Source of the DNA: Flavobacteriaceae bacterium
GTDB lineage: Bacteria > Bacteroidota > Bacteroidia > Flavobacteriales > Flavobacteriaceae
Direction of reading: 5' to 3'
NCBI GenBank assembly: GCA_965224465.1
Contig: OZ245049.1
Location: 2,340,001 to 2,372,000, forward strand
DNA length: 32,000 nt
The notes under the pieces are model-generated. The model had not been told where the DNA came from and did not search any database. It saw only the letters and a list, made by a program, of their open reading frames with translations. Both the position numbers and the translations under genes were made by a program. Within the stretch, counting starts at the first letter, position 1; every line of letters starts with the position of its first letter. Shown piece by piece: positions 1-10,436 of this stretch.

Positions 1-3000
1 TTATTGTTAAAATTTAATGTCAAGCCTTTATCTTTGTTTATTTGACCGCTGAAAGATACGGAATTTTTCATTTTTAAACTCACTTTTAAAAGGGGAGAAA
101 ACTCCTCTATTAAATTTACATTGGTATAAAGCCTTTTATTTTGATAATTCCCTATAATATCTTTCACCTCATACGGTTTTGTTGAATTATAGTTTAAATT
201 ATTTGTGAAATTAGTAATAGAATAAAGCGAATTATAACTATGAGAGATCGAAAAACTTCTAAATCGTTTTTTAAACCACTTCATTTTCATAAATCCTTTA
301 TAAGTCATTTTCCAACTAGGAATAGGAATATTTCTAAGAGGATTTATTTTAACATTTGCAGCATCTTGACCACTATAAGCAGCTAAAAAGGCTGGCAATG
401 CTACCTGCTGACTTGTGTAACCAAAACCTGCGACAGATTGCCCAGATTCCGCAGACAAACGCTGTGCGATAATGGCTCTATTTCTTTTAAATGTTTCGAA
501 AGTTTTATCTGTATTCTCGAATGATGTACGAAGCATATTAAAACCAATACTATAACTTCCAAACTCCGTAACAGGTGCTTTACTACTCCTTACTCCGTCG
601 ATTACATCCAATTGTTGAGTAGTTCTACTTGTCAATAATTTATTGGCTGATAATTCTATCTTCAAATATTTAAAGGGCCTTATATCGATGCTGAAATCGA
701 GTTTCTCCATATGTGTTTGCATATAAGTTTTATTGTAATAAGGATCGTCTTCTCCTCTAGAAATCAACCAACCATTTTCTATCGCTTTATTTCTAATATC
801 AATTTGACTTCCAAAAACAAATCCAAAGCTAGGTGCTAAACCACCACTAAAATTATCACGTCCTAAAAACCCTACTTCTGGAATGTAGCCAGGCAATAAA
901 GTTCCATTATTTTCCGAATAGCTCAATCTCGCCTTTTTAACAGAGGTAATCAAGTCATAAAAAGTTTGGCCTACTTTTGCTCCAATAGATTTTGCTTTAC
1001 TTTTTCCTTTTTTACCGTTTTTCCGAACAGGTTTTCGCTTGTTCAACAACTTGGTAAGTCCAACCGATTTATAAAACTTTTTAAAGTCCATATCTACATT
1101 AAAGGTATGCGTATTGGAATTTTGAATGGTATTTCCAATTTGGTTGACATAGGACTGCGATGCAGATTGCCAATCAAAATCAGCAGTATATGCGTAATCG
1201 GCTCGAATAAATTTAAACATTGGAATTTTATCCAAGGGCACTTTATAGGAAGCACTTAAAGATTGATGGTACTTATCTGGACGTCCTATTTCAAAGAAAT
1301 TATCAAACAACTCTACATCCTCTGTAGATCTAAAACTATCATATACATAATTATTTGCCGCTCTAAAGTTAAATTGTAATGACTTGGTAATATTATAGCC
1401 TATATTATAATCCCAATCAAACAAATAACGACGTTTTCTTAAGGTTGGTAATTGAGACAAACCGACAATTTCTACCAAATCTCTAGATTTTTGCTCATTA
1501 AAAGAGCGGACAATATTAGAATTCACAGCAAAGGTTGACGGCAGAAAATTGATATTAAAATCTTTTATTAGATCAAAATATTTACTCTTTTTTAAGAAAC
1601 TCCAGTCCTTAAAGGGTTCTAAAATTATTGGTTCAAAGGAGTAGTTATAATTTGCAGAAGCGCGCACCGACTTATCACTGAATTTTTCCACATTATAATC
1701 CTTGTGAAATGTTTCGTTATAAGCATAAGAAACCGACACGTTTTCTACGTTGTAAAATTTAGGTTTTTTACTGTTTTCTGCGGATCTATTCTTACGAACA
1801 TTTAAAAAACTAATACTACGACGCTTGGTATAATCTCTTGCTTTACTGCTATTCGGATTGATGTCTTTTGCATCTTCAAACAAGACATCTTGATATTGAG
1901 GATCAAACCTCGGATCACTCACCTCTTCTGACTGACTAACATTTAGAGGAAATTGTATCCCCCATCGTTTTGGAAGTAATTGTCCCAAATTCACATTTGC
2001 TACTACATCATAGGATTTTCTATCATTTTTACTACGTTCATTAACACGTTGCGCTATACTTCCGAAACCTTGAGTCTCCATACGTCCTGATGCAGATACG
2101 GAGGCAAAATCTGCAAAATTTGCATCTGCGCTAACTACAGTAGCCCATCCGCCCTCATTGTCAAAACCGGCAATACGCAATTCGTTAAACCATACTTCTC
2201 CACTTTTCACAAAACGTTTATCATTATTGCGAACTCCCAACATGATGGTTTTTATTTTTGCCAAATTAGGATTCCCTTTTACCCGAACAATATAACCTGC
2301 AATTTCATCATAAGGTGCATCATCGAACGAAGGATATTGGACATTGGAAGCGATTCCAGCTTCAAATCGTTTTAATTTTAGCTTACCAAAATGTTCTAAA
2401 ATCGCTTCTACATCATTATCTGGCAACCAAATATCTGTTTTCGAAATTGCTGTAAAATCAGATATGTCTAATTTTTTTTCTATCTGATAATAGTTATCAT
2501 TCAAATCACTTCCCAATCTAATAATTGCAGTTAAATCGCCATTTTCTATGGTGGACTGCCCCACAATCCCTTCTGCATGTAAAAACATTTTCAGTTTTTT
2601 ATACATCCGTAAATCTACGCGGACATTTTTAAAAACTGCTCTTGTTTCTTTGGCTTTTAAATCGGTAACTTTTATGGATAAAGACTGTTCATTTTGTTGT
2701 TGTAAAGTAGTACTTCCGCGTAAAACTTCTCTTCGAATTCCTGGAGGCAATACATACGGAATCGGTTTTTTATTTTCGTTTTCTTGTATATTTACAACCC
2801 CTACTTCGAAGTTTTGCAAGTCTGTATTACTCAATTTCTCAGGAGGGATGATAGATTCGCTTAGTGTTTTTGTATAACGTCTCCAATCTCCACGCACCAA
2901 TTGTAATTCTCCAAAACGAAGCACCACTGGCATTTTAAACTTGGTTAAAAACATTCGCATAAACCGAATGGAATAAAAGCCATTCATATCGTTTATCACC

Positions 3001-6000
3001 TCATCAGGTGCACTTACTTGAATCCTAAATTGATACCAAGTAAAGCTTTTTTGCGAACCATTAGCCAAGGTTACAGTCACCTCTTTTTTATCTACAATAT
3101 GATTCTTACCTACTACCAAATCGCTCTTATTTAGCGAAACTTTATACTGGTAATAGCTCTCTACAGAATTCATAGTTTGATCTTTATTGATATCTTCCGT
3201 ATCTGGATACGTAGTTGCAGAAGTAGGATAGGATTCTGGCGACAAATTATTGGTAGGAGAATTTCCCTGAGTGTTATTATAGCGTTTATACCTACTTAGT
3301 ATAGATGCCTTTTCACTATCGTATTTTCTACTTCTAAAATACATATAATTATCACTGGAAGGATCCTCTTTATCCGCAAACGCAGGGAAGAACTTCTTTT
3401 CTTCAGCATCATTTAATCCATCCAAACCAATATCTTGACTTAAGCGCTCACTATCATCAGAACTAAACGCATACAATAGGGATTGATTTGTAGGGATTTT
3501 ACCCCAAATAGTTTCTGCGGTATTCGCAGTACTTAATGGACTTTCTGGCAATCCATTTTCGTACATTTTACGACCGTCTTTTAAAACATCTTCGGAAATA
3601 TTACCTAAGTTAAAATACAATTCTCCTACTTGATTCGTAAGATCATTAGGATTTGTTCCAACAGGTAAACCTTCTGCTTCAGTAATGGAATAGTTTTCAA
3701 ATGGATCCATCATCCAAAACTGAATATACTCCACATTGGATTGTTGAAAATTGGTTGTTGTTAAAGGTCTTGTTATCCCTGCCCACCGATCTTCTGGATT
3801 TATAAATTGTCCTTGAGCATTAACATTATTAGTGTCATAATTATAACTCCCACGTTCATTTGGATAATAGGCCAAATCTAAAGTTCTAACAATAGTAGAC
3901 TGTGTAATATCTAAATCTTGCTCAGGAAATAATTCTTCGTACCTCACTCTTCTCACCTCTGCTCTAGATAATTCATTATTATCAATTCCGTCAGGTTTTA
4001 AAGAACCACCGCCATAAAACAATGGATCGATAATATACCAAGCCAACCTAGCTCTTTTATAGCCATAAGATAAATTATTTTCTATTCCTCCGAGCTTAAA
4101 TTTAGTTTGGTATTGAGGAGTACTTGCCATATGCCATTGCAAGGTCGATTTAATTTCTAATGGAATTTGAGACCCTTCAAAATCATCGATATACGAAGTT
4201 GCCTCCCCATCTTGTTCCACTCTTTTGGGAGATCCAGGTCTTAGATATGCAAAATCCCCTCGAATAGAAAAGTTTGACACGGCATCTGTATCTATATTTG
4301 GCAAATAATTCACCCATTTTGTAAATTTCGGAACTTCCGTTCCGTAACTAGCATTCAGTCCAAACATCGTATTAAAAATTGGTTCTTGACCAAATACTGA
4401 TTTTTGGGTAATGACTTTTTCCTTTAAACTTAAAAAAGTAGCCCCCGCAATAAAATTATCGGAGAATTTATGTTCAATATCTACCCCCAAAAAGCGTTTG
4501 GTTTGTAAATTAAAAACGGCATTATTTTCTACAGACACGTTGATTGGAGTATTGGAAGCTTCCAGAGCTGGGTCAATAATCTGAACACGACCTATTTGGT
4601 AATCCACAACATAATCAATCCCTTCTACTAATTCTCTACCTCCAGCAGTTACACGCACGGAACCTTTAGGAACATTAAACGCATTTAAAGGAATCCCATT
4701 AGATGTTTCTGACTTGTGATATCCAATAATTAAAAACTTATCTTTACCCTGATAACTGTTCTTTGCTTCCGATTTTGTTTCTTCGTACAGTTCCTTGAAA
4801 ACATAAATTTCATCAGCTGGATCTGTTAATTTCAATGCTAAATCATCACCAAAAGGTGCCACAGAAGGAAAAATAATATATCCTTTTTCAGAATTCACAG
4901 TAGCCCCTTCCACATAATCAAAGAATCCATCTCCTTCGGGCGTATCAAATAGACTTTGATCCAATCTATCCACACCAATCAGATTTAGCAATGTTCTATC
5001 TTTAACACCTGCTGTTTTAGCATTTTGCAAAATATTAACGGGCACCCCTGTAGCTGGATCTTCGTATACGACCTCTAACCTAAACCCATCTGGATTCATA
5101 TTATAAGCATTTAAAGCATATACATTCTTCATCATCAAATCCCACATAGGAATTTTTGTGCTTAAAATTTCACTCCTCAATAATTTTACTACAATATTAT
5201 TTGGATTTACGATACCGTCACTTGTAAACTCCCCCACTTTATACACCTTAGCATCTCCACTAATAGTATATTCAAAAGCAACAGCTAACACATCAGAATC
5301 GGTCAATCTTCTATTCAATGAGATAAAACCTAACTGCGGATGAATTTTGTATTCGTTGGGTAATAATTTACGTGCATTTTCCAATACAGAATAATCACGT
5401 CCTTGTTGCATTGCAAAAGGCGATAAGCCATTACTTACGGTTGAGATATTACGTACACTACCTGTTTCTGTAAGAATGCTTTCTATATTATTTGCTTGGT
5501 TTGATGGATATATTTGCCCTGGTTTAACTGTGACTGTTGCAGGCCCAATATTAGCTGGATTAAATTCTCCTATATCTGCCAACGCAACGATATTACGGAC
5601 ATTCAAGGTAGTTGAATTCCTATTTGTCACCCAAACTTCTACACGGGTAATACTAATGGGGCTATTTATTAAAGGATAATTTTTAAGCGCTATATTGTAA
5701 TTATCTCTAAAATAATGCGCTAAGAAAAAGTGTCGATTATCATCATAATCCGTTGTTTGTAATTCAAATTTATTTATAGTAGAACCACCCTGTGCAGTAA
5801 CAGATCTTGTTTGCGATTTTTGTTCTGCAAACACCCCTGTAATGGTAGTATTTCCAAATTTAAGTCTCGTTTTCACTCCAAATAAACTCTGCGCTCCTGT
5901 GATTAAAGAATTTTTTATAGGCATGCTTATATTCCCTACTTCGACCGCTTGTAAAATATCGTCCTCCGTGGGAGAATATTCTAACTTAATTAAATTCTGA

Positions 6001-6644
6001 AAATTAAAGGTAGATTGCGTATCATAATTTGCAGATACATTTAACCGTGTTCCGATTTTCGCACGAATACTCGCACTTATTTGTTGGTCAAAATCAAAAG
6101 TAAAACTACTTCTATTACGTTCTGATAATTGTGGGTTGTCAACTTTTTGATACAAAATCCCCATTTTTATATTTACAGAACCTGTAGGCTGTACTTCTAT
6201 TTCGTTTCCTCCAAAAAGACTTTCAAAAAAACTAGAATTCACATAGTACTTAGGCAGTAAATTCTTTTGAGCAGCAGCACTTCCTTTCTTTTTACTATTA
6301 AGGGCACTTAACTTCTCTTTATTATAAAGCAGCATATCTTTTTTTAGACGATATTCTTTATACTCCTCTAAAGTCATGTACACAGGTCGTTTAATTTCAA
6401 CGTTCCCCACTTTTTCGATAATTAAATATTTACCGAGAATAGGATCGTAAATAATTTCCTTTTTAAAGGGGTTTTTTAAAAACAACCCTCCATCTTTATC
6501 GTTCTTAAATTTGTATTTTAATTCTGAGATAGAATCCTTAGCACTCCCAGATTTTGGGGTGTCTTGAGCACTCAGAGTTGCTATAGAAAACACCCATAAA
6601 AGACAACCTAATAGGAAACCCGTTTTTAGTTGATATTTTTTCAA
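1..6644 (-). CDS. sprA: Gliding-motility / type IX secretion protein SprA (Sov family). About 2214 N-terminal codons are present; the C-terminus lies beyond the window start.
   Basis: Missing from the ORF track because no stop codon falls inside the window. Hand translation of the minus strand from TTG at 6644 gives a signal peptide, MKKYQLKTGFLLGCLLWVFSIATLSAQD. The same frame is still open at bases 1-120 (..VNLIEEFSPLLKVSLKMKNSVSFSGQINKDKGLTLNFNN). Internal stretches WYQFRIQVSAPDEV and MRMFLTKFKMPVVLRFGELQLVRGDWRRY match my recollection of SprA. No minus-strand ORF of 60 aa or more with an in-window stop is listed in 1-6650, consistent with one uninterrupted frame. Confidence 0.85.
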   Translation of the reverse strand, partial: MKKYQLKTGFLLGCLLWVFSIATLSAQDTPKSGSAKDSISELKYKFKNDKDGGLFLKNPFKKEIIYDPILGKYLIIEKVGNVEIKRPVYMTLEEYKEYRLKKDMLLYNKEKLSALNSKKKGSAAAQKNLLPKYYVNSSFFESLFGGNEIEVQPTGSVNIKMGILYQKVDNPQLSERNRSSFTFDFDQQISASIRAKIGTRLNVSANYDTQSTFNFQNLIKLEYSPTEDDILQAVEVGNISMPIKNSLITGAQSLFGVKTRLKFGNTTITGVFAEQKSQTRSVTAQGGSTINKFELQTTDYDDNRHFFLAHYFRDNYNIALKNYPLINSPISITRVEVWVTNRNSTTLNVRNIVALADIGEFNPANIGPATVTVKPGQIYPSNQANNIESILTETGSVRNISTVSNGLSPFAMQQGRDYSVLENARKLLPNEYKIHPQLGFISLNRRLTDSDVLAVAFEYTISGDAKVYKVGEFTSDGIVNPNNIVVKLLRSEILSTKIPMWDLMMKNVYALNAYNMNPDGFRLEVVYEDPATGVPVNILQNAKTAGVKDRTLLNLIGVDRLDQSLFDTPEGDGFFDYVEGATVNSEKGYIIFPSVAPFGDDLALKLTDPADEIYVFKELYEETKSEAKNSYQGKDKFLIIGYHKSETSNGIPLNAFNVPKGSVRVTAGGRELVEGIDYVVDYQIGRVQIIDPALEASNTPINVSVENNAVFNLQTKRFLGVDIEHKFSDNFIAGATFLSLKEKVITQKSVFGQEPIFNTMFGLNASYGTEVPKFTKWVNYLPNIDTDAVSNFSIRGDFAYLRPGSPKRVEQDGEATSYIDDFEGSQIPLEIKSTLQWHMASTPQYQTKFKLGGIENNLSYGYKRARLAWYIIDPLFYGGGSLKPDGIDNNELSRAEVRRVRYEELFPEQDLDITQSTIVRTLDLAYYPNERGSYNYDTNNVNAQGQFINPEDRWAGITRPLTTTNFQQSNVEYIQFWMMDPFENYSITEAEGLPVGTNPNDLTNQVGELYFNLGNISEDVLKDGRKMYENGLPESPLSTANTAETIWGKIPTNQSLLYAFSSDDSERLSQDIGLDGLNDAEEKKFFPAFADKEDPSSDNYMYFRSRKYDSEKASILSRYKRYNNTQGNSPTNNLSPESYPTSATTYPDTEDINKDQTMNSVESYYQYKVSLNKSDLVVGKNHIVDKKEVTVTLANGSQKSFTWYQFRIQVSAPDEVINDMNGFYSIRFMRMFLTKFKMPVVLRFGELQLVRGDWRRYTKTLSESIIPPEKLSNTDLQNFEVGVVNIQENENKKPIPYVLPPGIRREVLRGSTTLQQQNEQSLSIKVTDLKAKETRAVFKNVRVDLRMYKKLKMFLHAEGIVGQSTIENGDLTAIIRLGSDLNDNYYQIEKKLDISDFTAISKTDIWLPDNDVEAILEHFGKLKLKRFEAGIASNVQYPSFDDAPYDEIAGYIVRVKGNPNLAKIKTIMLGVRNNDKRFVKSGEVWFNELRIAGFDNEGGWATVVSADANFADFASVSASGRMETQGFGSIAQRVNERSKNDRKSYDVVANVNLGQLLPKRWGIQFPLNVSQSEEVSDPRFDPQYQDVLFEDAKDINPNSSKARDYTKRRSISFLNVRKNRSAENSKKPKFYNVENVSVSYAYNETFHKDYNVEKFSDKSVRASANYNYSFEPIILEPFKDWSFLKKSKYFDLIKDFNINFLPSTFAVNSNIVRSFNEQKSRDLVEIVGLSQLPTLRKRRYLFDWDYNIGYNITKSLQFNFRAANNYVYDSFRSTEDVELFDNFFEIGRPDKYHQSLSASYKVPLDKIPMFKFIRADYAYTADFDWQSASQSYVNQIGNTIQNSNTHTFNVDMDFKKFYKSVGLTKLLNKRKPVRKNGKKGKSKAKSIGAKVGQTFYDLITSVKKARLSYSENNGTLLPGYIPEVGFLGRDNFSGGLAPSFGFVFGSQIDIRNKAIENGWLISRGEDDPYYNKTYMQTHMEKLDFSIDIRPFKYLKIELSANKLLTSRTTQQLDVIDGVRSSKAPVTEFGSYSIGFNMLRTSFENTDKTFETFKRNRAIIAQRLSAESGQSVAGFGYTSQQVALPAFLAAYSGQDAANVKINPLRNIPIPSWKMTYKGFMKMKWFKKRFRSFSISHSYNSLYSITNFTNNLNYNSTKPYEVKDIIGNYQNKRLYTNVNLIEEFSPLLKVSLKMKNSVSFSGQINKDKGLTLNFNN

Positions 6645-6649
6645 TTTTT

Positions 6650-7231
6650 TTACAGTTTTTTTAGCGCCATTTTAATCAGTTGTTCAACCCTTAAATCGGC
6701 TTCTGATGCTAGTATTTTATCAATTACTTTTTCTGACTGCTTGCGAACAAACCCTAACACTTCTAATGCTGTTAACGCTTCTTCCTTGGTTGTATTGCTC
6801 AGACTTACAGGAACTTCATCAATTGTAAATGATTTTAATATTTTATCTTTCAAGTCTATAATTACTCTTTGAGCCGTTTTAACTCCGATACCTTTAACCG
6901 ATTGTATAATGTCTGCATTTCCCGTAGCAATGGCATTTTTAACCTCATCTGTAGACATAGAAGAAAGCATGGTACGTGCAATACTAGGACCAACTCCAGA
7001 CACAGAGATTAATAATTTAAATAAGGCACGTTCTATTTTTGTACTAAATCCAAACAAGGTTTGAGAATCCTCTTTTACAGACAAAAACGTATATAAAAAA
7101 ACGGATTCATCCTCAGGTAATTGCGAAAAAGTATTTAAAGATATATTTAAAAAATATCCAATTCCTCCAGTTTCAACAATTGCATATGTAGGATTTTTTT
7201 CTATTAATTTTCCACGAACATGGGTTATCAT
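6650..7231 (-). CDS. ruvA: Holliday junction branch migration complex subunit RuvA
   Basis: 193 aa. N-terminus MITHVRGKLIEKNPTYAIVETGGIGY, helix-hairpin-helix region GVGPSIA..IKGIGVKTAQRVI, and a C-terminal domain III-like tail. The stop codon lies 5 nt upstream of the sprA TTG start. Confidence 0.95.
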   Translation of the reverse strand: MITHVRGKLIEKNPTYAIVETGGIGYFLNISLNTFSQLPEDESVFLYTFLSVKEDSQTLFGFSTKIERALFKLLISVSGVGPSIARTMLSSMSTDEVKNAIATGNADIIQSVKGIGVKTAQRVIIDLKDKILKSFTIDEVPVSLSNTTKEEALTALEVLGFVRKQSEKVIDKILASEADLRVEQLIKMALKKL

Positions 7232-7418
7232 TTGCGTTTTATTTTTTTGAGTTACAAGTTTTTAAAAAACCTCTGAAAGCTAATGTAAAACAAATGTTTC
7301 ACATAGCGAACATAATATTTTAGAATCGTTTCTAAACAATTTCTGCATATTCATACATACCTTATTAATGAATCTTATTTTTTGAATCCTCCCATTGATT
7401 ACAACCGACTTTAAGCCT

Positions 7419-7462
7419 AAAAAAAACCGTTTCTCTTTTTAGATAATAAGGGAAACGGTTTT
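7419..7462 (-). terminator. Rho-independent terminator downstream of maeB
   Basis: Inverted repeat aaccgtttc (7425-7433) / gaaacggtt (7452-7460). On the minus strand it is followed by a T-run, seen as the plus-strand A-run at 7419-7426. It lies about 45 nt after the maeB stop. Confidence 0.6.
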
Positions 7463-7507
7463 CTGTTTTTAAATCCACTGCTAAGTTTAAATTTAGCAAC
7501 TGTTTAT

Positions 7508-9787
7508 TTATTTCATAATAGCATTCTCTTGAGCATGTACTATTGCAACACTCGCAATATTTACAATTTCGTCTACACTCGCTCCAAATTGGATTAAATG
7601 TACAGGTTTTTTAAGCCCCATAACAATTGGCCCGATAGAGTCCATATCTGCGAATTCTTTCATTAATTTATAACTGATATTTGCAGATTCTAAATTTGGA
7701 AAAATCAATCCATTTACTTTTTTATCAATCAATTTAGAAAAAGGAAATTTTTCTTTAAGCATTCGTGGGTTTAATGCAAAATCAGCTTGTAATTCTCCAT
7801 CTACGGTAATATCTGGAAAATGTTTGTGCATATACTCTACTGCATCACTAACTTTTAATGTTTGTTCTACATCTGTGGAACCAAAATTAGAAAAAGACAA
7901 CATGGCTAAATTAGGTTCAAAACCAAACATACGCATTGTTTTCGCCATCATCGAACCTATCAAAGCCAATTCCTTAGCTGTTGGATTGATATTCATTGTT
8001 GTATCGGCAAAAAAGATAGGACCTCGTTTGGTCATCATAATATTGGTAGCTGCCGCACGTTTTACACCTTTTTGAATTCCAATAAGCTCTATCATAGGTT
8101 TTGCAACGGTAGGATAACTTCTAGAATATCCAGTAATCAAACAATCTGCTTGCCCTTCATTCACCATCATAGCAGCAAAATAATTACGCTCTCGCATCCA
8201 TTTTTGCGCATCCAAATAGGCAATTCCTTTACGTTGGCGTTTCTTCCAATATGCTTTTGCAAAGAGGTTCCTCCTATCGGTTTCTCCTGCACATTTTGGA
8301 TCAATAATATCAATATCATCAGCTTCAAAGCTTATCTCTTCCATCAAGCCTTTAATTTCCTCCTTATCACCTAATAATATAGGAATCCCAATTTTATCAT
8401 CGTAAATTATCTGAGCAGCTTTTAATACATCCAAATGATCCGCCTCTGCAAAAACAATCCGTTTAGGATCTGATTTTGCCTTTGAAACTAAGGTACGCAT
8501 CAATTTATTACTAGTACCCAATCGTTCCTCCAATTGCTCTTTATACGCATTCCAATCTGTAATAGGCTGCAATGCCACCCCAGATTCCATTGCAGCTTTC
8601 GCTACTGCAGGAGGCACTTCTGTAATCAATCTATTATCAAAAGGTTTTGGAATGATATAATCACGACCAAACTGTAAATTGGTTTCTCCATAAGTAATAT
8701 TTACTTGTTCTGGAACCGATTCTTTCGCCAAATTAGCAAGTGCATGCACTGCCGCAATTTTCATTTCTTCGTTTATTTTTGTCGCTCTAACATCCAAAGC
8801 ACCTCTAAAAATAAAAGGAAAACCTAGCACATTATTTACTTGGTTTGGATAATCCGAACGCCCTGTAGCAAAGATTAAATCGTCTCTAGTTTCTATGGCT
8901 GTTTTATAGGCAATTTCTGGATCTGGATTCGCCATTGCAAAAACAATAGGATCTTTTGCCATGGTCAATAGCATCTCTGCAGTCAAAACATCTTTTACAG
9001 ATAAACCAATAAACACGTCGGCATTTTTAATGGCATCTCCCAGGGTATATAAATCTAAACTAGTTGCAAACTCCTTCTTTTGGGAACTTAAATTCTCAAT
9101 ATCTTTTCGAATCACCCCTTTGCTATCACACATCACCACGTTTTCACGTATGACTCCAATTGCCATATACAAGCGTGTACAAGAAATAGCCGCAGCTCCC
9201 GCTCCGTTAACTACCACTTTAATTTTTGAAATGTCTTTTCCTGTAATTTCAACCGCATTTTTTAAAGCAGCCGCAGAAATAATAGCAGTTCCGTGCTGAT
9301 CATCATGCATTACCGGAATATTTAACTCCTCTTTTAACCTACGTTCTATTTCAAAAGCCTCTGGAGCTTTGATATCTTCTAAGTTAATCCCTCCAAAAGT
9401 AGGGGCAATGGCTTTTACTGTATTTACAAATAGGTCTACATCTTTGGCATCTACTTCTATATCAAACACGTCAATATCCGCAAAAATCTTAAATAATAAC
9501 CCTTTCCCTTCCATTACTGGCTTAGAAGCTTCTGGACCAATATCCCCCAGACCTAATACAGCCGTTCCATTTGTAATTACCGCTACTAAATTACTTTTAG
9601 CAGTATATTTATATACGTTATTCACGTCTTTTGCAATTTCTAAACAAGGTTCCGCAACACCTGGAGAGTATGCCAATGACAAATCACGTTTGGTTGCATA
9701 CTTTTTCGTTGGAACTACCTCGATCTTACCTGGCCGTGGTTTGGCATGATACAATAATGCCTCACGTCTTAGTTTTTTTTTATCCAT
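7508..9787 (-). CDS. maeB: NADP-dependent malic enzyme (malic enzyme domain plus C-terminal phosphate acetyltransferase-like domain)
   Basis: 759 aa. N-terminus REALLYHAKPRPGKIEVVPTK, then LSLAYSPGVAEPC and GTAVLGLGDIGP. The long PTA-like C-terminal half is typical of MaeB-type enzymes. Confidence 0.93.
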   Translation of the reverse strand: MDKKKLRREALLYHAKPRPGKIEVVPTKKYATKRDLSLAYSPGVAEPCLEIAKDVNNVYKYTAKSNLVAVITNGTAVLGLGDIGPEASKPVMEGKGLLFKIFADIDVFDIEVDAKDVDLFVNTVKAIAPTFGGINLEDIKAPEAFEIERRLKEELNIPVMHDDQHGTAIISAAALKNAVEITGKDISKIKVVVNGAGAAAISCTRLYMAIGVIRENVVMCDSKGVIRKDIENLSSQKKEFATSLDLYTLGDAIKNADVFIGLSVKDVLTAEMLLTMAKDPIVFAMANPDPEIAYKTAIETRDDLIFATGRSDYPNQVNNVLGFPFIFRGALDVRATKINEEMKIAAVHALANLAKESVPEQVNITYGETNLQFGRDYIIPKPFDNRLITEVPPAVAKAAMESGVALQPITDWNAYKEQLEERLGTSNKLMRTLVSKAKSDPKRIVFAEADHLDVLKAAQIIYDDKIGIPILLGDKEEIKGLMEEISFEADDIDIIDPKCAGETDRRNLFAKAYWKKRQRKGIAYLDAQKWMRERNYFAAMMVNEGQADCLITGYSRSYPTVAKPMIELIGIQKGVKRAAATNIMMTKRGPIFFADTTMNINPTAKELALIGSMMAKTMRMFGFEPNLAMLSFSNFGSTDVEQTLKVSDAVEYMHKHFPDITVDGELQADFALNPRMLKEKFPFSKLIDKKVNGLIFPNLESANISYKLMKEFADMDSIGPIVMGLKKPVHLIQFGASVDEIVNIASVAIVHAQENAIMK

Positions 9788-9810
9788 AACATTGTCTTAG
9801 TATGAGCCGA

Positions 9811-9818
9811 CAAATATA
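9811..9818 (-). promoter_or_regulatory. Candidate Bacteroidota -7 box (TAtaTTTG) for maeB
   Basis: The minus strand reads TATATTTG 23 nt upstream of the maeB ATG, matching the TAnnTTTG consensus. No clean TTG lies at N19, so only the -7 box is supported. Confidence 0.35.
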
Positions 9819-10007
9819 TGGATATAATTAACAGCAGGGAACAACAATGACATATTATAATACAATTGGCGATTTTATTAACATATCTGTAAAATAACTT
9901 CTTTTAAAACCTGTTTTCCGTCATATTTACACGCAAAAACTGATTTCACCAATAAAAATAAAAAAGGTATTTTTACAATTATTAACAAATATCAAAAATT
10001 CTTACTA

Positions 10008-10250
10008 ATGAAATGTAACATTCTTCTTTTTGGAATTGCGGCTGACATTGTTGGCTCTAACGAATTAACCCTTCAAATAGCAGAAAATACAAATGTCTTT
10101 CAGCTAAAATCAATACTAACAAACAACTATAAAGCATTTAAAAATATTCATCAATTTGCAATCGCTATAAATGAATCTTATGCCAATGACGATGTTCTTA
10201 TTCTAGAAAATGACATTGTAGCAATCATTCCTCCTGTGAGTGGCGGTTAA
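10008..10250 (+). CDS. moaD: Molybdopterin synthase sulfur-carrier subunit MoaD (ThiS/MoaD family)
   Basis: 80 aa ending in the diagnostic C-terminal Gly-Gly (..IIPPVSGG). The size fits and other Moco genes are nearby. Confidence 0.85.
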   Translation: MKCNILLFGIAADIVGSNELTLQIAENTNVFQLKSILTNNYKAFKNIHQFAIAINESYANDDVLILENDIVAIIPPVSGG

Positions 10251-10275
10251 AAAAAGCCCACTTCTCCACCTTTTA

Positions 10276-10436
10276 ACACCAATTACAATCCAAAATAACC
10301 GATATAAATAGTTTGTTTTACGCTCTAGCACTGTTAAAATACAGGACGATAGCTATGTCTGTCCTTAGACATTTCGCCTAACTAAAACAAAAAACAATTC
10401 CAATTCTAAAACATCCCTTGGAAATGTATTTGGTAT
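10276..10436 (+). repeat. Copy A of the ~161-bp imperfect-palindromic intergenic repeat; the most diverged copy
   Basis: The plus strand aligns base for base, without gaps, to the reverse complement of 23000-23160. My hand count gives about 26 mismatches in 161. Termini are acaccaattaca...tgtatttggtat. It lies between moaD and the DUF5686-like gene. Confidence 0.8.

Noticed and set aside
966-6872. Plus-strand ORFs 966-1259, 2548-2877, 5158-5343, 5476-5679 and 6630-6872
   Set aside because: All lie antisense within the continuous sprA (and ruvA) reading frame. They have low-complexity Phe/Ile/Ser-rich translations typical of antisense frames in AT-rich DNA.
7824-9749. Plus-strand ORFs 7824-8075, 8072-8374, 8961-9299 and 9369-9749
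   Set aside because: They are antisense to the well-supported maeB gene and have no recognisable motifs.
10237-10285. Terminator hairpin after moaD (agtgg .. ccact)
   Set aside because: It has only a 5-bp stem with a ~14-nt loop and a poor T-run.
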